Notes: a model not told the origin generated them from the sequence alone. A stretch of 33,664 nt of DNA from Chloroflexota bacterium (GCA_037142095.1 JBAXBF010000002.1:1-33664), one strand, 5' to 3'; positions 1 to 8,635 are shown, counted from the stretch's first letter. Numbers and translations are program-made.

Positions 1-168
1 GCCAGGCTTAAAGTCGTGTACAATGGTCCCAAACCAGACCTGTTGAGAGATGAAGCCCAGGCTATTCTCACCGGACAATTAAACCAGGATGGTGTCTTCT
101 ATGCCGAAGAACTACTCTTGAAATGCCCGACTAAATATCAAGAAGCCGTACCCAAACAAGCCAACTAA
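1..168 (+). CDS. ccmE: Heme chaperone CcmE, C-terminal fragment (5' end lies outside the window)
   Basis: Frame 1 is open from base 1 to TAA at 166-168 and reads ARLKVVYNGPKPDLLRDEAQAILTGQLNQDGVFYAEELLLKCPTKYQEAVPKQAN. This matches the C-terminal beta-barrel end and flexible heme-binding tail of CcmE (E. coli ...VFQAEEVLAKHDENY...). It sits directly upstream of ccmF. It is not in the ORF track because no start codon lies in the window. Confidence 0.7.
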   Translation, partial: ARLKVVYNGPKPDLLRDEAQAILTGQLNQDGVFYAEELLLKCPTKYQEAVPKQAN

Positions 169-185
169 ATTATGGAGTCACTTCT

Positions 186-2252
186 ATGCTGATAAACGTA
201 GGCTTCGGTACATTAATCCTTACTTTTCTGCTGTCGATTTATGCTCTTGTGGCAGCATTCATCGGAACGCGATCCTCAGCTTCAGCCTGGATTGATAGCG
301 CCCGCAACGCAATCCTGATCATATTTCCAATGCTTTCCGTTACAATATTATGCTTGATCGGTTTACTGGTTGGCAATCATTTTGAAGTCGAATACGTCGC
401 TTCAGTTATCAGCCGTACAATGCCCGATTATCTCAAAGTAACAGCTCTCTGGGGTGGACAGGCTGGATCTTTGATTTTTTGGTCATGGGTCATGGCTGGA
501 TTTGCATCGGCTGTTGCATTGCGTGACTGGAAGAGAGACCGTGAGTTTTTGCCTTGGGTCATCATTGTTACTGCGCTCACATTAGCATTCTTCTTATCCC
601 TATCCATCGTTTCCGAGAATCCATTCCGAAGACTGTGGGTTATCCCCTCCAACGATGTCATCTCAGCGTTAATCCAACCCTTGGGCAGTAGATTGTATCT
701 TCCAAAAGATGGAAATGGATTAAATCCATTACTCCGCCATCCTGGCATGATTATTCACCCGCCAATGCTCTATCTTGGATTTGTTGCCTTCATCATCCCT
801 TACGCCTTTGGCATCGCGGCATTGGTCACCGGACGAACCGACGACCGTTGGATCCGCATTACCAGGCGTTGGACACTCGTCGCATGGTTGTTCCTTTCCT
901 TAGGATTAATCCTTGGCGCTCGTTGGGCTTATGATGTCTTGGGATGGGGCGGATATTGGGGCTGGGACCCGGTTGAAATATCTGCCTTTATTCCCTGGTT
1001 GAGTGGCACGGCATTTCTACATTCGGTCATCATCCAGGAAAAACGCGGGATCCTCAAACGTTGGAACATGGTGCTGATCATACTGTCTTATGCATTCGTC
1101 ATCTTTGGTACCTTTTTAACCCGTTCAGGGGTACTTTCATCGGTGCATGCCTTTTCTTCAAGCTCCATCGGTCTCCCCTTCTTCATCTTTATCGGCGTCA
1201 CTTTCATTGCATCGATGGGACTTGTGCTCTATCGCTGGAACGACCTAAAAGGCGAACGACAAATGACTTCCTTACTCTCTAGGGAAGCTTTATTTTTACT
1301 GAACAACTTGATCTTCATGGGCATTTTAATCGTCTGCCTGTGGGGTATGATTTTCCCGCTCATCTCTGAACTCGTGACCGGTCAAAAAGTCACTGTGGGT
1401 CCACCCTTCTACGAAAGGGCAACCGGTCCTCTCTTCGCCGCGTTGCTGCTCCTGATGGGAATTGCCCCGCTTTCTACCTGGGGGCATACCACCCTCAAAA
1501 CATTTGGTTCTTCAGTCTGGAAGTTCGGATTAGCTTCTCTCGTTGTAGTCGGCGTCCTGGTCTTCAGCGGCATGCGCAGCGTGCCGGCTTTGCTCGCTTT
1601 CTGGTTGGTATCTTTAACCACAATCGTGATCGTCTTCGAATTTTGGTGGGGAATAAATGCCAGACACAACCTCACTGGTGAGAATATCTTCGTTTCTTTC
1701 TGGCATCTGATGACTCTTAACCGCCGCCGCTACGGTGGATACATCATCCATATTGGCGTTGTCCTCATGGCACTTGGTTTGATCGGTATCGAACTTTTTC
1801 AAACCGAAACACAAGCCACAGTTCCTCTAAATGGAAAGCTGGTTCTGGGAGACTACTCTATCAGATACGACTCCCTATCGATTTTCGACACAACAGATGG
1901 CAGAAATGTTGCTCGGGCGGTTGTCAGCGTGTTTAAGAATGATACCCTCGTCGCGGAATTACATCCCCGCCGTGATTTATACATCGATTCAAATCAACCC
2001 ATGACCATCCCTGGCGTTCGCAGCACATGGGAAGACGATATCTATGTATTATTAGTGGATTGGTTACCGATAACCTCCGAAGGGGCTTCCTTCAAAGTCT
2101 TTCACAACCCGCTTGTGAGCTGGCTCTGGGTAGGAGCGTTGGTTTTCATCCTTGGAACCCTGGTTGCCGCCTGGCCCGACAAAGAGAAAACGCTTCAAAC
2201 CAAACCAAAGCCACGTCTAGAAACCCAATCCTCCGAAATAAGTGGATCATAA
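186..2252 (+). CDS. ccmF: Cytochrome c-type biogenesis protein CcmF (heme lyase membrane subunit)
   Basis: 688 aa polytopic membrane protein with the tryptophan-rich WWD motif WGGYWGWDPVE. GGAG lies about 8 nt upstream of the ATG. It sits between ccmE and ccmH. Confidence 0.93.
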   Translation: MLINVGFGTLILTFLLSIYALVAAFIGTRSSASAWIDSARNAILIIFPMLSVTILCLIGLLVGNHFEVEYVASVISRTMPDYLKVTALWGGQAGSLIFWSWVMAGFASAVALRDWKRDREFLPWVIIVTALTLAFFLSLSIVSENPFRRLWVIPSNDVISALIQPLGSRLYLPKDGNGLNPLLRHPGMIIHPPMLYLGFVAFIIPYAFGIAALVTGRTDDRWIRITRRWTLVAWLFLSLGLILGARWAYDVLGWGGYWGWDPVEISAFIPWLSGTAFLHSVIIQEKRGILKRWNMVLIILSYAFVIFGTFLTRSGVLSSVHAFSSSSIGLPFFIFIGVTFIASMGLVLYRWNDLKGERQMTSLLSREALFLLNNLIFMGILIVCLWGMIFPLISELVTGQKVTVGPPFYERATGPLFAALLLLMGIAPLSTWGHTTLKTFGSSVWKFGLASLVVVGVLVFSGMRSVPALLAFWLVSLTTIVIVFEFWWGINARHNLTGENIFVSFWHLMTLNRRRYGGYIIHIGVVLMALGLIGIELFQTETQATVPLNGKLVLGDYSIRYDSLSIFDTTDGRNVARAVVSVFKNDTLVAELHPRRDLYIDSNQPMTIPGVRSTWEDDIYVLLVDWLPITSEGASFKVFHNPLVSWLWVGALVFILGTLVAAWPDKEKTLQTKPKPRLETQSSEISGS

Positions 2253-2292
2253 AAACATTTCAGTATGATAAGGCTTATCTTAAGGAAGCGCT

Positions 2293-2811
2293 ATGAATTT
2301 GAATCGTAATCTTTATAAAATATCTTTTCTATTTGTAGTGGTATTCAGCATGCTGCATGCTCGACCCATTCTAGCCGGTGAAGGTACCCCTACCCCATCG
2401 GATGATGCAGTCAACGCAGTAGCAAAACAAATGTACTGTCCTGTTTGTGAAAATATCCCCCTGGATGTTTGCGGGACAACGGCTTGTTCGCAATGGCGTG
2501 ATCTGATCCGCGAAAAATTGAGCCAGGGTTGGAGCGAAGAACAAATAAAAACCTACTTCGTCCAACAATATGGAGATCGTGTCTTAGCCACACCGCCGGT
2601 AAGCGGAGGGCTTAGTTTGAATTGGTTAGTTTATGTGGTTCCAATACTTGTCTTCTTAGTTGCAGTTTATATATTTGCGGGTGTGCTGCGGAGTTGGAGA
2701 AGCGCGCCGGGCGGAAGTGCAGGTACTCCGCCAGCTTCGTCAAGCGCACCATCTAATCCAGCCGCAGATGAGTATAGAGCCCGTCTGGAAGACGAATTAC
2801 GCCGCAAGTAG
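2293..2811 (+). CDS. ccmH: CcmH/NrfF-type cytochrome c maturation thiol-disulfide protein
   Basis: N-terminal signal peptide; MYCPVCENIPLDVC...WRDLIREKL..GWSEEQIKTYFVQQYGDRVLATPP matches the CcmH CXXC domain. One TM (LVYVVPILVFLVAVYIFAGVL) is followed by a Pro/Ser-rich cytoplasmic tail. AAGGAAG RBS. Confidence 0.85.
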   Translation: MNLNRNLYKISFLFVVVFSMLHARPILAGEGTPTPSDDAVNAVAKQMYCPVCENIPLDVCGTTACSQWRDLIREKLSQGWSEEQIKTYFVQQYGDRVLATPPVSGGLSLNWLVYVVPILVFLVAVYIFAGVLRSWRSAPGGSAGTPPASSSAPSNPAADEYRARLEDELRRK

Positions 2812-2854
2812 TGCATGGCAAAGAATACGACATTAGCAAATTGGAGGTATAAAA

Positions 2855-3415
2855 TTGGAATCACCCGCTGAAACAACGAATCAAAATAAGCAAAAATTTC
2901 GTATTGGGCACATTCTTGCGTGGATTGGCTTACTCGTCTTTCTCACTGTGCTTGCTCTCGGTTTAATCCGCAGCCAGCAAGGTTCCATCTCTGTCGGCTC
3001 TCAAGTTCCTGATTTCTCATTAACCACGCCGGATGGAAAACAATTAAACCTGGCAGATCAACGCGGAAAAATCGTTGTATTAAATTTTTGGGCTTCATGG
3101 TGTAAACCCTGCGAACAAGAAGCCGCAGACTTGGAAGCAGCTTGGAAATTTTATGAAACGCGCGGTGATGTGGTTTTTTGGGGGATTAACTACGTCGATG
3201 TTGAACCTGAAGCGATCAAGTACCTAAAAAAATATAGCATCTCATATCCCAATGCTCCCGATTTAGGCACTCGTGTCTCGCAGATCTTCCGCACGCGCGG
3301 TGTCCCTGAAACCTATTTCATCGACCGCCAGGGCAAGCTTGTCTATGCCCAAATTGGACCCTTTTCATCTATTGAACAAATTAAGGGTATTATTGAACCA
3401 CTTTTAGGAAAATAA
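2855..3415 (+). CDS. ccmG: Membrane-anchored thioredoxin-like thiol:disulfide oxidoreductase (CcmG/DsbE/ResA/TlpA family)
   Basis: TTG start 7 nt after GGAGG (2843-2847). N-terminal TM, WASWCKPCEQE active site, and GVPETYFIDRQG cis-Pro loop typical of the family. Lies in the ccm operon. Confidence 0.85.
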   Translation: MESPAETTNQNKQKFRIGHILAWIGLLVFLTVLALGLIRSQQGSISVGSQVPDFSLTTPDGKQLNLADQRGKIVVLNFWASWCKPCEQEAADLEAAWKFYETRGDVVFWGINYVDVEPEAIKYLKKYSISYPNAPDLGTRVSQIFRTRGVPETYFIDRQGKLVYAQIGPFSSIEQIKGIIEPLLGK

Positions 3416-3416
3416 G

Positions 3417-3935
3417 ATGGATATCGGATCATTTCTTTTACTATTTGCCTTATTAATATTGGTCGTTTGGTTTGTTGCCCGGCCGTTTTTGGAACACTCA
3501 CCGGCAGTTCAAAGCCGGAAAGAACAGCACGAGGTATCCGCCTTACTGGCAGAACGAGATCGTATTCTGAATGCCTTACGAGATTTGGACTTCGATCATG
3601 CCCTCCATAAAATTTCCGCTGATGATTATCCAGGACAAAGATCTATGTTGCTCGATCAGGGATCGGAAGTATTGCGTAAACTGGATGGTTTTAAAACGAA
3701 CCTTCCGCTTGATCTTTCCCCAAACACCACTCCCAAAGATGACGCCGCAACCATTACTGAGGTTAAATCGAGCAATCAGACTCCCATAATCATCGAGGAC
3801 GATGCTATCGAAGCCAAGATAGCAGAACGCCGCCGCATGGTACAGGAAAAAGCCTCTGGTTTCTGCCCCCAATGCGGTCATCCTATTCGTAAATCGGACA
3901 CATATTGCTGGAAATGTGGATCAAAACAAACATGA
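3417..3935 (+). CDS. Single-pass membrane protein: CcmI N-terminal-like helix region plus C-terminal zinc ribbon
   Basis: 172 aa. TM FLLLFALLILVVWFVARPF, then ERDRILNALRDLDFDHALHKISADDYPGQRSMLL, and a C-terminal CPQCGHPIRKSDTYCWKCG (CXXC-N10-CXXC). ATG lies 1 nt after the ccmG stop. The function is inferred and only weakly supported. Confidence 0.6.
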   Translation: MDIGSFLLLFALLILVVWFVARPFLEHSPAVQSRKEQHEVSALLAERDRILNALRDLDFDHALHKISADDYPGQRSMLLDQGSEVLRKLDGFKTNLPLDLSPNTTPKDDAATITEVKSSNQTPIIIEDDAIEAKIAERRRMVQEKASGFCPQCGHPIRKSDTYCWKCGSKQT

Positions 3936-5266
3936 AAATCAAATTTACACTTCTTTGGCTAGCCATTCTCATCTTTTCTCTTATCCTCAGCGCATGTGGC
4001 TTTTCATTAACGGATGACATAACCCCGCAGCCCGGTTCACAACCAGTTTCTCAAGCAACATCGCTAACGGCTGAATCGAACCAACCTCAGCCAACGCAAT
4101 CACAAACCCACGCTGCTCCTGATCTTCCAACAGCCGCGTCCCAAACTCCCAAACAATTTCAAATAACAGGGCGAATCATTAACAATACTTCTCGTACAAT
4201 TTCGCCCGATACCAAAGTTACCCTGTTTACTTATAACCAAATGATTAAGACTTACGTTCAGGACGCCCGTTTGAACGGAGATAAATTTTCATTTGAAGGT
4301 CTTACCCCGCAAACAGGTATGATCTTTGTTGCCAACCTCGAGAACGATGGTTTAACCTACAATTCAGATATCGTCATGATCGAAGAAGGCATGCAAAATC
4401 TTGATCTCCCCATAACAATTTATGACAAGACCACGGATCCTACAGTCTTAAGGGCAGACCGGCTGCATATCTTCTTCGAATTCCTCGATGCCAAGACTGT
4501 ACAAATCGCACATCTTTATATTATTTCTAACACCAGCAACCAGGTTCTGGTACCTTCTGGACCAGGAAAACCTGTCATTTCTTTCGTGCTTCCCAAGGGA
4601 AGCACGAATATTCAATTCCAGGATGGTTCTATGGGAGAACGCTATATCCAAACAGAAGGTGGTTTTGCAGATACGGTTTCCTTATCTCCCGGTAAAGGTA
4701 ATTATCGAATCTTATACTCCTTCGAGATGCCGTACCAATCAAAGCTGGACTTTTCTGAGCAGCTTCTAATGCCTGTTGATGCCGTTACGATCATGCTTCC
4801 AACCCAATTGGATAACCAGTATTTCAAAATTGAAGGTAAAAACATTCAAACCTCCGGCACGCGCGACGTCGAAGGAACACCTTATCTGACGTATACCGCC
4901 CAGAATCTGTCTAAGAATGACATACTTCAATTCAGTATTGTAAATGATTCAACCGCAGCCATTACAAATATGTTCAAACTCGATTCGCTTTCTGGAATGC
5001 AAATCATCATTGGCATCGGTGTCTTAGGGTTAGTTCTGGCAATCGTTGGTTTATGGTTTTTCAATCGAAGCAGAAAGAAATATCCTGTCGAAGAAATGGA
5101 AGAAATTGAATCCGAAATCACCAGCATGCCTGATGAATCAGAGTCGATCATGGACGCAATTATCGCGCTGGATGACGTCTATAAAAAGGGTCAAATTTCC
5201 GAACCTGATTACCAGCAGCGAAGAGCCGCCCTTAAGAACCGTCTGGGAGACATCGAAAAGGAGTGA
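3932..5266 (+). CDS. Lipoprotein with extracytoplasmic beta-rich domain, C-terminal TM and SHOCT-like cytoplasmic tail (function unknown)
   Basis: I prefer ATG 3932 (ATGA overlap with the upstream stop) over the track start 3905. It gives MKIKFTLLWLAILIFSLILSAC with lipobox LSAC. A Q/P/T-rich linker follows, then FQITGRIINNT...KFSFEGL...IFVANL (carboxypeptidase-regulatory-like sandwich pattern), TM IIIGIGVLGLVLAIVGLWFF, and the tail ALDDVYKKGQISEPDYQQRRAALKNRL. Confidence 0.6.
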   Translation: MKIKFTLLWLAILIFSLILSACGFSLTDDITPQPGSQPVSQATSLTAESNQPQPTQSQTHAAPDLPTAASQTPKQFQITGRIINNTSRTISPDTKVTLFTYNQMIKTYVQDARLNGDKFSFEGLTPQTGMIFVANLENDGLTYNSDIVMIEEGMQNLDLPITIYDKTTDPTVLRADRLHIFFEFLDAKTVQIAHLYIISNTSNQVLVPSGPGKPVISFVLPKGSTNIQFQDGSMGERYIQTEGGFADTVSLSPGKGNYRILYSFEMPYQSKLDFSEQLLMPVDAVTIMLPTQLDNQYFKIEGKNIQTSGTRDVEGTPYLTYTAQNLSKNDILQFSIVNDSTAAITNMFKLDSLSGMQIIIGIGVLGLVLAIVGLWFFNRSRKKYPVEEMEEIESEITSMPDESESIMDAIIALDDVYKKGQISEPDYQQRRAALKNRLGDIEKE

Positions 5267-5270
5267 AAGT

Positions 5271-6026
5271 GTGACCGCATCCCCAACAGTCGTCGTAAGG
5301 AATCTTACGAAACGCTTCGGTTTAAAATCCGTCCTGCGGTCATTAGATTTTCAAGCTGAAGCCGGTGAATTTATCGCCCTCTTAGGTCCAAATGGTACGG
5401 GGAAAACCACCTTCCTGCGTATCCTTGCCTCCCTTACACGATTTACGCAGGGCGACATCCAGATAAACGGTTACCGTTTACCCGCTCAGTCTGCCCTGAT
5501 TCGCCAACAATTGGGCTTTGTATCTCATCAACCTTTACTTTACGGAGATTTATCGGCGATCGAAAATCTCCAATTCTACGGGCGTATGTATGGTATAACC
5601 GGCTTAGATGCCCGCATTAATGAGATACTGGAGATGGTCGGCTTATTAGCCCGCCGTAGTGATTACGTACGCACTTATTCGCGCGGGATGCAGCAGCGCC
5701 TGTCTATCGGGCGCGCCATTTTGCACCGCCCAGCCCTCTTATTATTCGATGAACCGTACACCGGTCTGGATCAGGAAGCCTGCAATATCCTTGATGTGAT
5801 ATTGCGTAAAGTTACAGCAAGTGGGCATACGATCATCATGACCTCGCATGATCTGGCACGCACATCGCAACTGGCAGCCCGTTTCGATGTCATGCTTTTT
5901 GGAAAAATTATTTCCTCATTTCACCAGGAAGATATCCCATCTCATAATTTGGCAGAAATGTACGAACAAATCCTTGTGCGCGAACTCGAAACTCCCCAGG
6001 AACCGCAAAGGGCAATCAACCAATGA
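5271..6026 (+). CDS. ccmA: Heme exporter ABC ATP-binding protein CcmA
   Basis: GTG start at 5271 preceded by AAAGGAG; the track ORF start at 5046 overlaps the previous gene. Walker A GPNGTGKTT, signature YSRGMQQRLSIGRA, Walker B LLLFDEPYTGLD. Stop overlaps the ccmB start (ATGA). Confidence 0.85.
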   Translation: MTASPTVVVRNLTKRFGLKSVLRSLDFQAEAGEFIALLGPNGTGKTTFLRILASLTRFTQGDIQINGYRLPAQSALIRQQLGFVSHQPLLYGDLSAIENLQFYGRMYGITGLDARINEILEMVGLLARRSDYVRTYSRGMQQRLSIGRAILHRPALLLFDEPYTGLDQEACNILDVILRKVTASGHTIIMTSHDLARTSQLAARFDVMLFGKIISSFHQEDIPSHNLAEMYEQILVRELETPQEPQRAINQ

Positions 6027-6700
6027 AAACCAATTTCTGGCGTACCATTGAAGCGATTATCTGGAAAGATTTAATTGTTGAGCTCCGCAATCGGGAGATG
6101 CTTTCCGCCATGCTGGTCTTTGCTTTATTAGTGATGGTCATTTTTAACTTTGCTCTGGAATTACAGCCCCGCATGCAAAAAGAACTAACCTCCGGAATCC
6201 TATGGGTCGTATTCTCTTTTGCCGGTACCCTGGGATTAAACCGCTCTATGGCGGTTGAGAAAGACCGTGGTTGCCTGGATGGTCTGCTGCTGGCACCCGT
6301 AGACCGCAGTGCTATTTTCTTCGGCAAATCGATTAGCAATTTAATCCTGATGGTTATCGTCGAAGCAATCATCCTGCCCATTTACAATATCCTCTACTCT
6401 GTCAATCTATTCCAACCTGGGCTTATTTTTACGATCTTATTAGGCTCAATTGGTTATATCACAGTTGGAACCTTATTATCCAGCATGGTCGTGCAAACCC
6501 GCTCGCGCGATATCATGCTGCCTATCCTGCTTTTTCCTCTAGTCATTCCAGTTCTTATCGCAGCCGTCAAAGCAGGAGCTGGCTTCTTACAAAATGCCGA
6601 GATGGCAGGCATCCTCCCCTGGATCAATTTACTCGTCATTTATGATATCGTCTTTCTTACAATAGCCTTCCTGGTCTTCGATTCGATCGTGGAAGAATAA
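6023..6700 (+). CDS. ccmB: Heme exporter membrane protein CcmB
   Basis: 225 aa with about 6 TM segments. Translationally coupled to ccmA and followed by ccmC; size and hydrophobicity pattern are typical of CcmB. Confidence 0.85.
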   Translation: MKTNFWRTIEAIIWKDLIVELRNREMLSAMLVFALLVMVIFNFALELQPRMQKELTSGILWVVFSFAGTLGLNRSMAVEKDRGCLDGLLLAPVDRSAIFFGKSISNLILMVIVEAIILPIYNILYSVNLFQPGLIFTILLGSIGYITVGTLLSSMVVQTRSRDIMLPILLFPLVIPVLIAAVKAGAGFLQNAEMAGILPWINLLVIYDIVFLTIAFLVFDSIVEE

Positions 6701-6732
6701 AACTGGTCAGAAAATATTTTGGAGTGAAATCA

Positions 6733-7437
6733 ATGCAATCAAAACCTCGCTTACTCGCTTCTTTGGATATTGTGTGTATCTTATTATTTGCTTCCGCAAC
6801 CTTTATGGTGTTCTTTTATGCCCCCCTGGAAGTCGTCATGGGAATGGTGCAAAAGGTATTTTATTTCCATGTCGCTTCGCTATGGGTAGGTATGCTCGGT
6901 TTCCTGGTCGGCGGAATTTCCGGTGTCATCTTTTTACGCACAGGAAACCATCACTGGGACATTGTTGGCTTAGCCGCAATTGAAATTAGCCTCGTCTTTT
7001 TCTTTATCGGCATCGTAACGGGTTCCATCTGGGCTCGTTCGACCTGGAACACTTGGTGGACATGGGACCCCCGTTTGACTTCTGCCGCCATCGTAGAATT
7101 AATCTACGCCGCTTATTTCATCCTTCGCGGGGGCATCGATGAACCTGTCCGGCGGGCACGCTATGGTGCAATCTACGCTATTCTGGGTTTCGTCAGCGTT
7201 CCTTTGACCTTCTTCTCGATCCGTCTGTTCCGCACGATCCATCCCGTAGTGATTGGAAATGTGAATGCCGGTTCTCAAGGAACATTCAATATGGCACCCA
7301 TGATGCTCCAAACCTTCATCTTCAGTCTCTTTGTTTTCACCATCCTATTTGCCGATTTATTATGGCACCGCATTCGACTCGGTCAGCTAGCCGAGGATGT
7401 TGAACAACGAAAACTCGACGCTTTTCATTCACAATAA
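6733..7437 (+). CDS. ccmC: Heme exporter/heme-handling protein CcmC
   Basis: WWD motif WNTWWTWDPRLTS in a polytopic membrane protein. ATG 6733 lies 8 nt after GGAG (6721-6724). The GTG at 6724 used by the ORF track overlaps that SD sequence. Confidence 0.9.
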   Translation: MQSKPRLLASLDIVCILLFASATFMVFFYAPLEVVMGMVQKVFYFHVASLWVGMLGFLVGGISGVIFLRTGNHHWDIVGLAAIEISLVFFFIGIVTGSIWARSTWNTWWTWDPRLTSAAIVELIYAAYFILRGGIDEPVRRARYGAIYAILGFVSVPLTFFSIRLFRTIHPVVIGNVNAGSQGTFNMAPMMLQTFIFSLFVFTILFADLLWHRIRLGQLAEDVEQRKLDAFHSQ

Positions 7438-7461
7438 GCTATTCATTTCGGAGGAATCCCA

Positions 7462-7662
7462 ATGTTTCACCTCTTTAAACTGCTTCTCCAAGAAGAAATA
7501 CCAGACACATCCCAATATATGATTGCTGGGTATGCCGTCATTTTCGGTCTCATGGCTATTTACCTTCTCAGCCTGTATCTGCGCCACCGTGCTTTGCAGC
7601 GCAGCCAAAATTCATTAGACCCATCCATTAAAGAAGATTTCTCACCCAACTCTGAAAAATAG
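7462..7662 (+). CDS. ccmD: Small single-TM protein, CcmD-like
   Basis: 66 aa. YMIAGYAVIFGLMAIYLLSLYLRHRALQRS resembles the CcmD TM followed by a basic stretch. Strong GGAGGA 6 nt upstream; immediately follows ccmC as in canonical operons. Confidence 0.6.
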   Translation: MFHLFKLLLQEEIPDTSQYMIAGYAVIFGLMAIYLLSLYLRHRALQRSQNSLDPSIKEDFSPNSEK

Positions 7663-7677
7663 CCGCCATAAAGAAGT

Positions 7678-8544
7678 ATGCTTTACTTGATTCTTGTTTC
7701 AATCCTATGGGGTTTTTCTTTCGGTCTAATTAAAGGGCATCTAACCGGCATCGATACCAATTTCGTATCTTTTGCGCGCATATTTCTGTCTTTTCTTGTT
7801 TTTGCGCCGTTCATCCGTCTGCGCGGGATTAATTTCCGTCTGGGTTTAAAATTTGCTTTGACGGGTATGCTGCAATTCGGCGTTATGTACATCACCTATA
7901 TCTATTCATTTCACTTCCTTAAATCCTACGAAGTGGCTCTATTCACAGTTTTCACCCCCCTCTATGTCGCCCTGATCGATAACACCCTGCAAAGGCGCAA
8001 TAACATGTTGAATATCGTTACCGCCTTTCTAGCGTTAATCGGCACAGCTATCGTATCTCTCAAAGGTGTCCCCCAAGGCGGTCTGCTGCAGGGCTTCCTC
8101 TTGGTACAAACATCCAACCTTTGCTTCGCTTTCGGCCAGGTGTATTATAAAAACCTCATGGCAAAAACACCCCATCTCAAAGATCAGAACGTGTTCGGAC
8201 TGCTTTACCTGGGTGGAGCAGCAATTACTGCCCTATCCACCACGATCTTCAATGGCTGGAATGGGTTGGTTTTAAGCAGCAGCCAGGTACTCACCTTGCT
8301 CTATCTTGGGGTGATTGCGTCAGGTATTTGCTTCTTTCTGTGGAATTTGGGTGGGCGCTTGGTCAATACCGGCACGCTGGGCATCTTCAACAACCTCAAA
8401 GTGCCGGTGGCGGTGGCCATTTCGCTCCTATTCTTCGGTGAACAGGCAAACATCCCCAACTTGATCGCCGGTGGCGCTATCGTTCTGGCAGCCCTGTTTA
8501 TCAACGAATACCACTCGCGACGCCTGATATTAAAACCTGCTTAA
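7678..8544 (+). CDS. EamA/DMT-family transporter (10 TM)
   Basis: 288 aa, two-repeat hydrophobic architecture typical of EamA domains. Only 15 nt downstream of ccmD on the same strand, so probably the last gene of the ccm operon. Confidence 0.8.
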   Translation: MLYLILVSILWGFSFGLIKGHLTGIDTNFVSFARIFLSFLVFAPFIRLRGINFRLGLKFALTGMLQFGVMYITYIYSFHFLKSYEVALFTVFTPLYVALIDNTLQRRNNMLNIVTAFLALIGTAIVSLKGVPQGGLLQGFLLVQTSNLCFAFGQVYYKNLMAKTPHLKDQNVFGLLYLGGAAITALSTTIFNGWNGLVLSSSQVLTLLYLGVIASGICFFLWNLGGRLVNTGTLGIFNNLKVPVAVAISLLFFGEQANIPNLIAGGAIVLAALFINEYHSRRLILKPA

Positions 8545-8635
8545 CGATGTATTTTCACTAATACACAACCACCAGTAAAGACGACCAACCACCTGACTTG
8601 AGAACAATTGAAATTTGTTCTTGTTTGAAATAAAA

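Noticed and set aside
5046-5270. The N-terminal 75 aa of the track ORF 5046-6026 (the ccmA ORF), which overlaps the end of the lipoprotein gene.
   Set aside because: The ABC ATPase homology starts at VTASPTVVVRNLTKRFG. A GTG at 5271 has an AAAGGAG RBS and sits just after the upstream stop at 5266, so the extension is an out-of-frame read-through of the previous gene.
8560-8600. The direct repeat CAACCACC(A/T)G occurs twice, 23 nt apart, in the 3' UTR of the EamA gene.
   Set aside because: It is short and imperfect, lies in a single location, and has no associated structure or coding potential. It is most likely chance.
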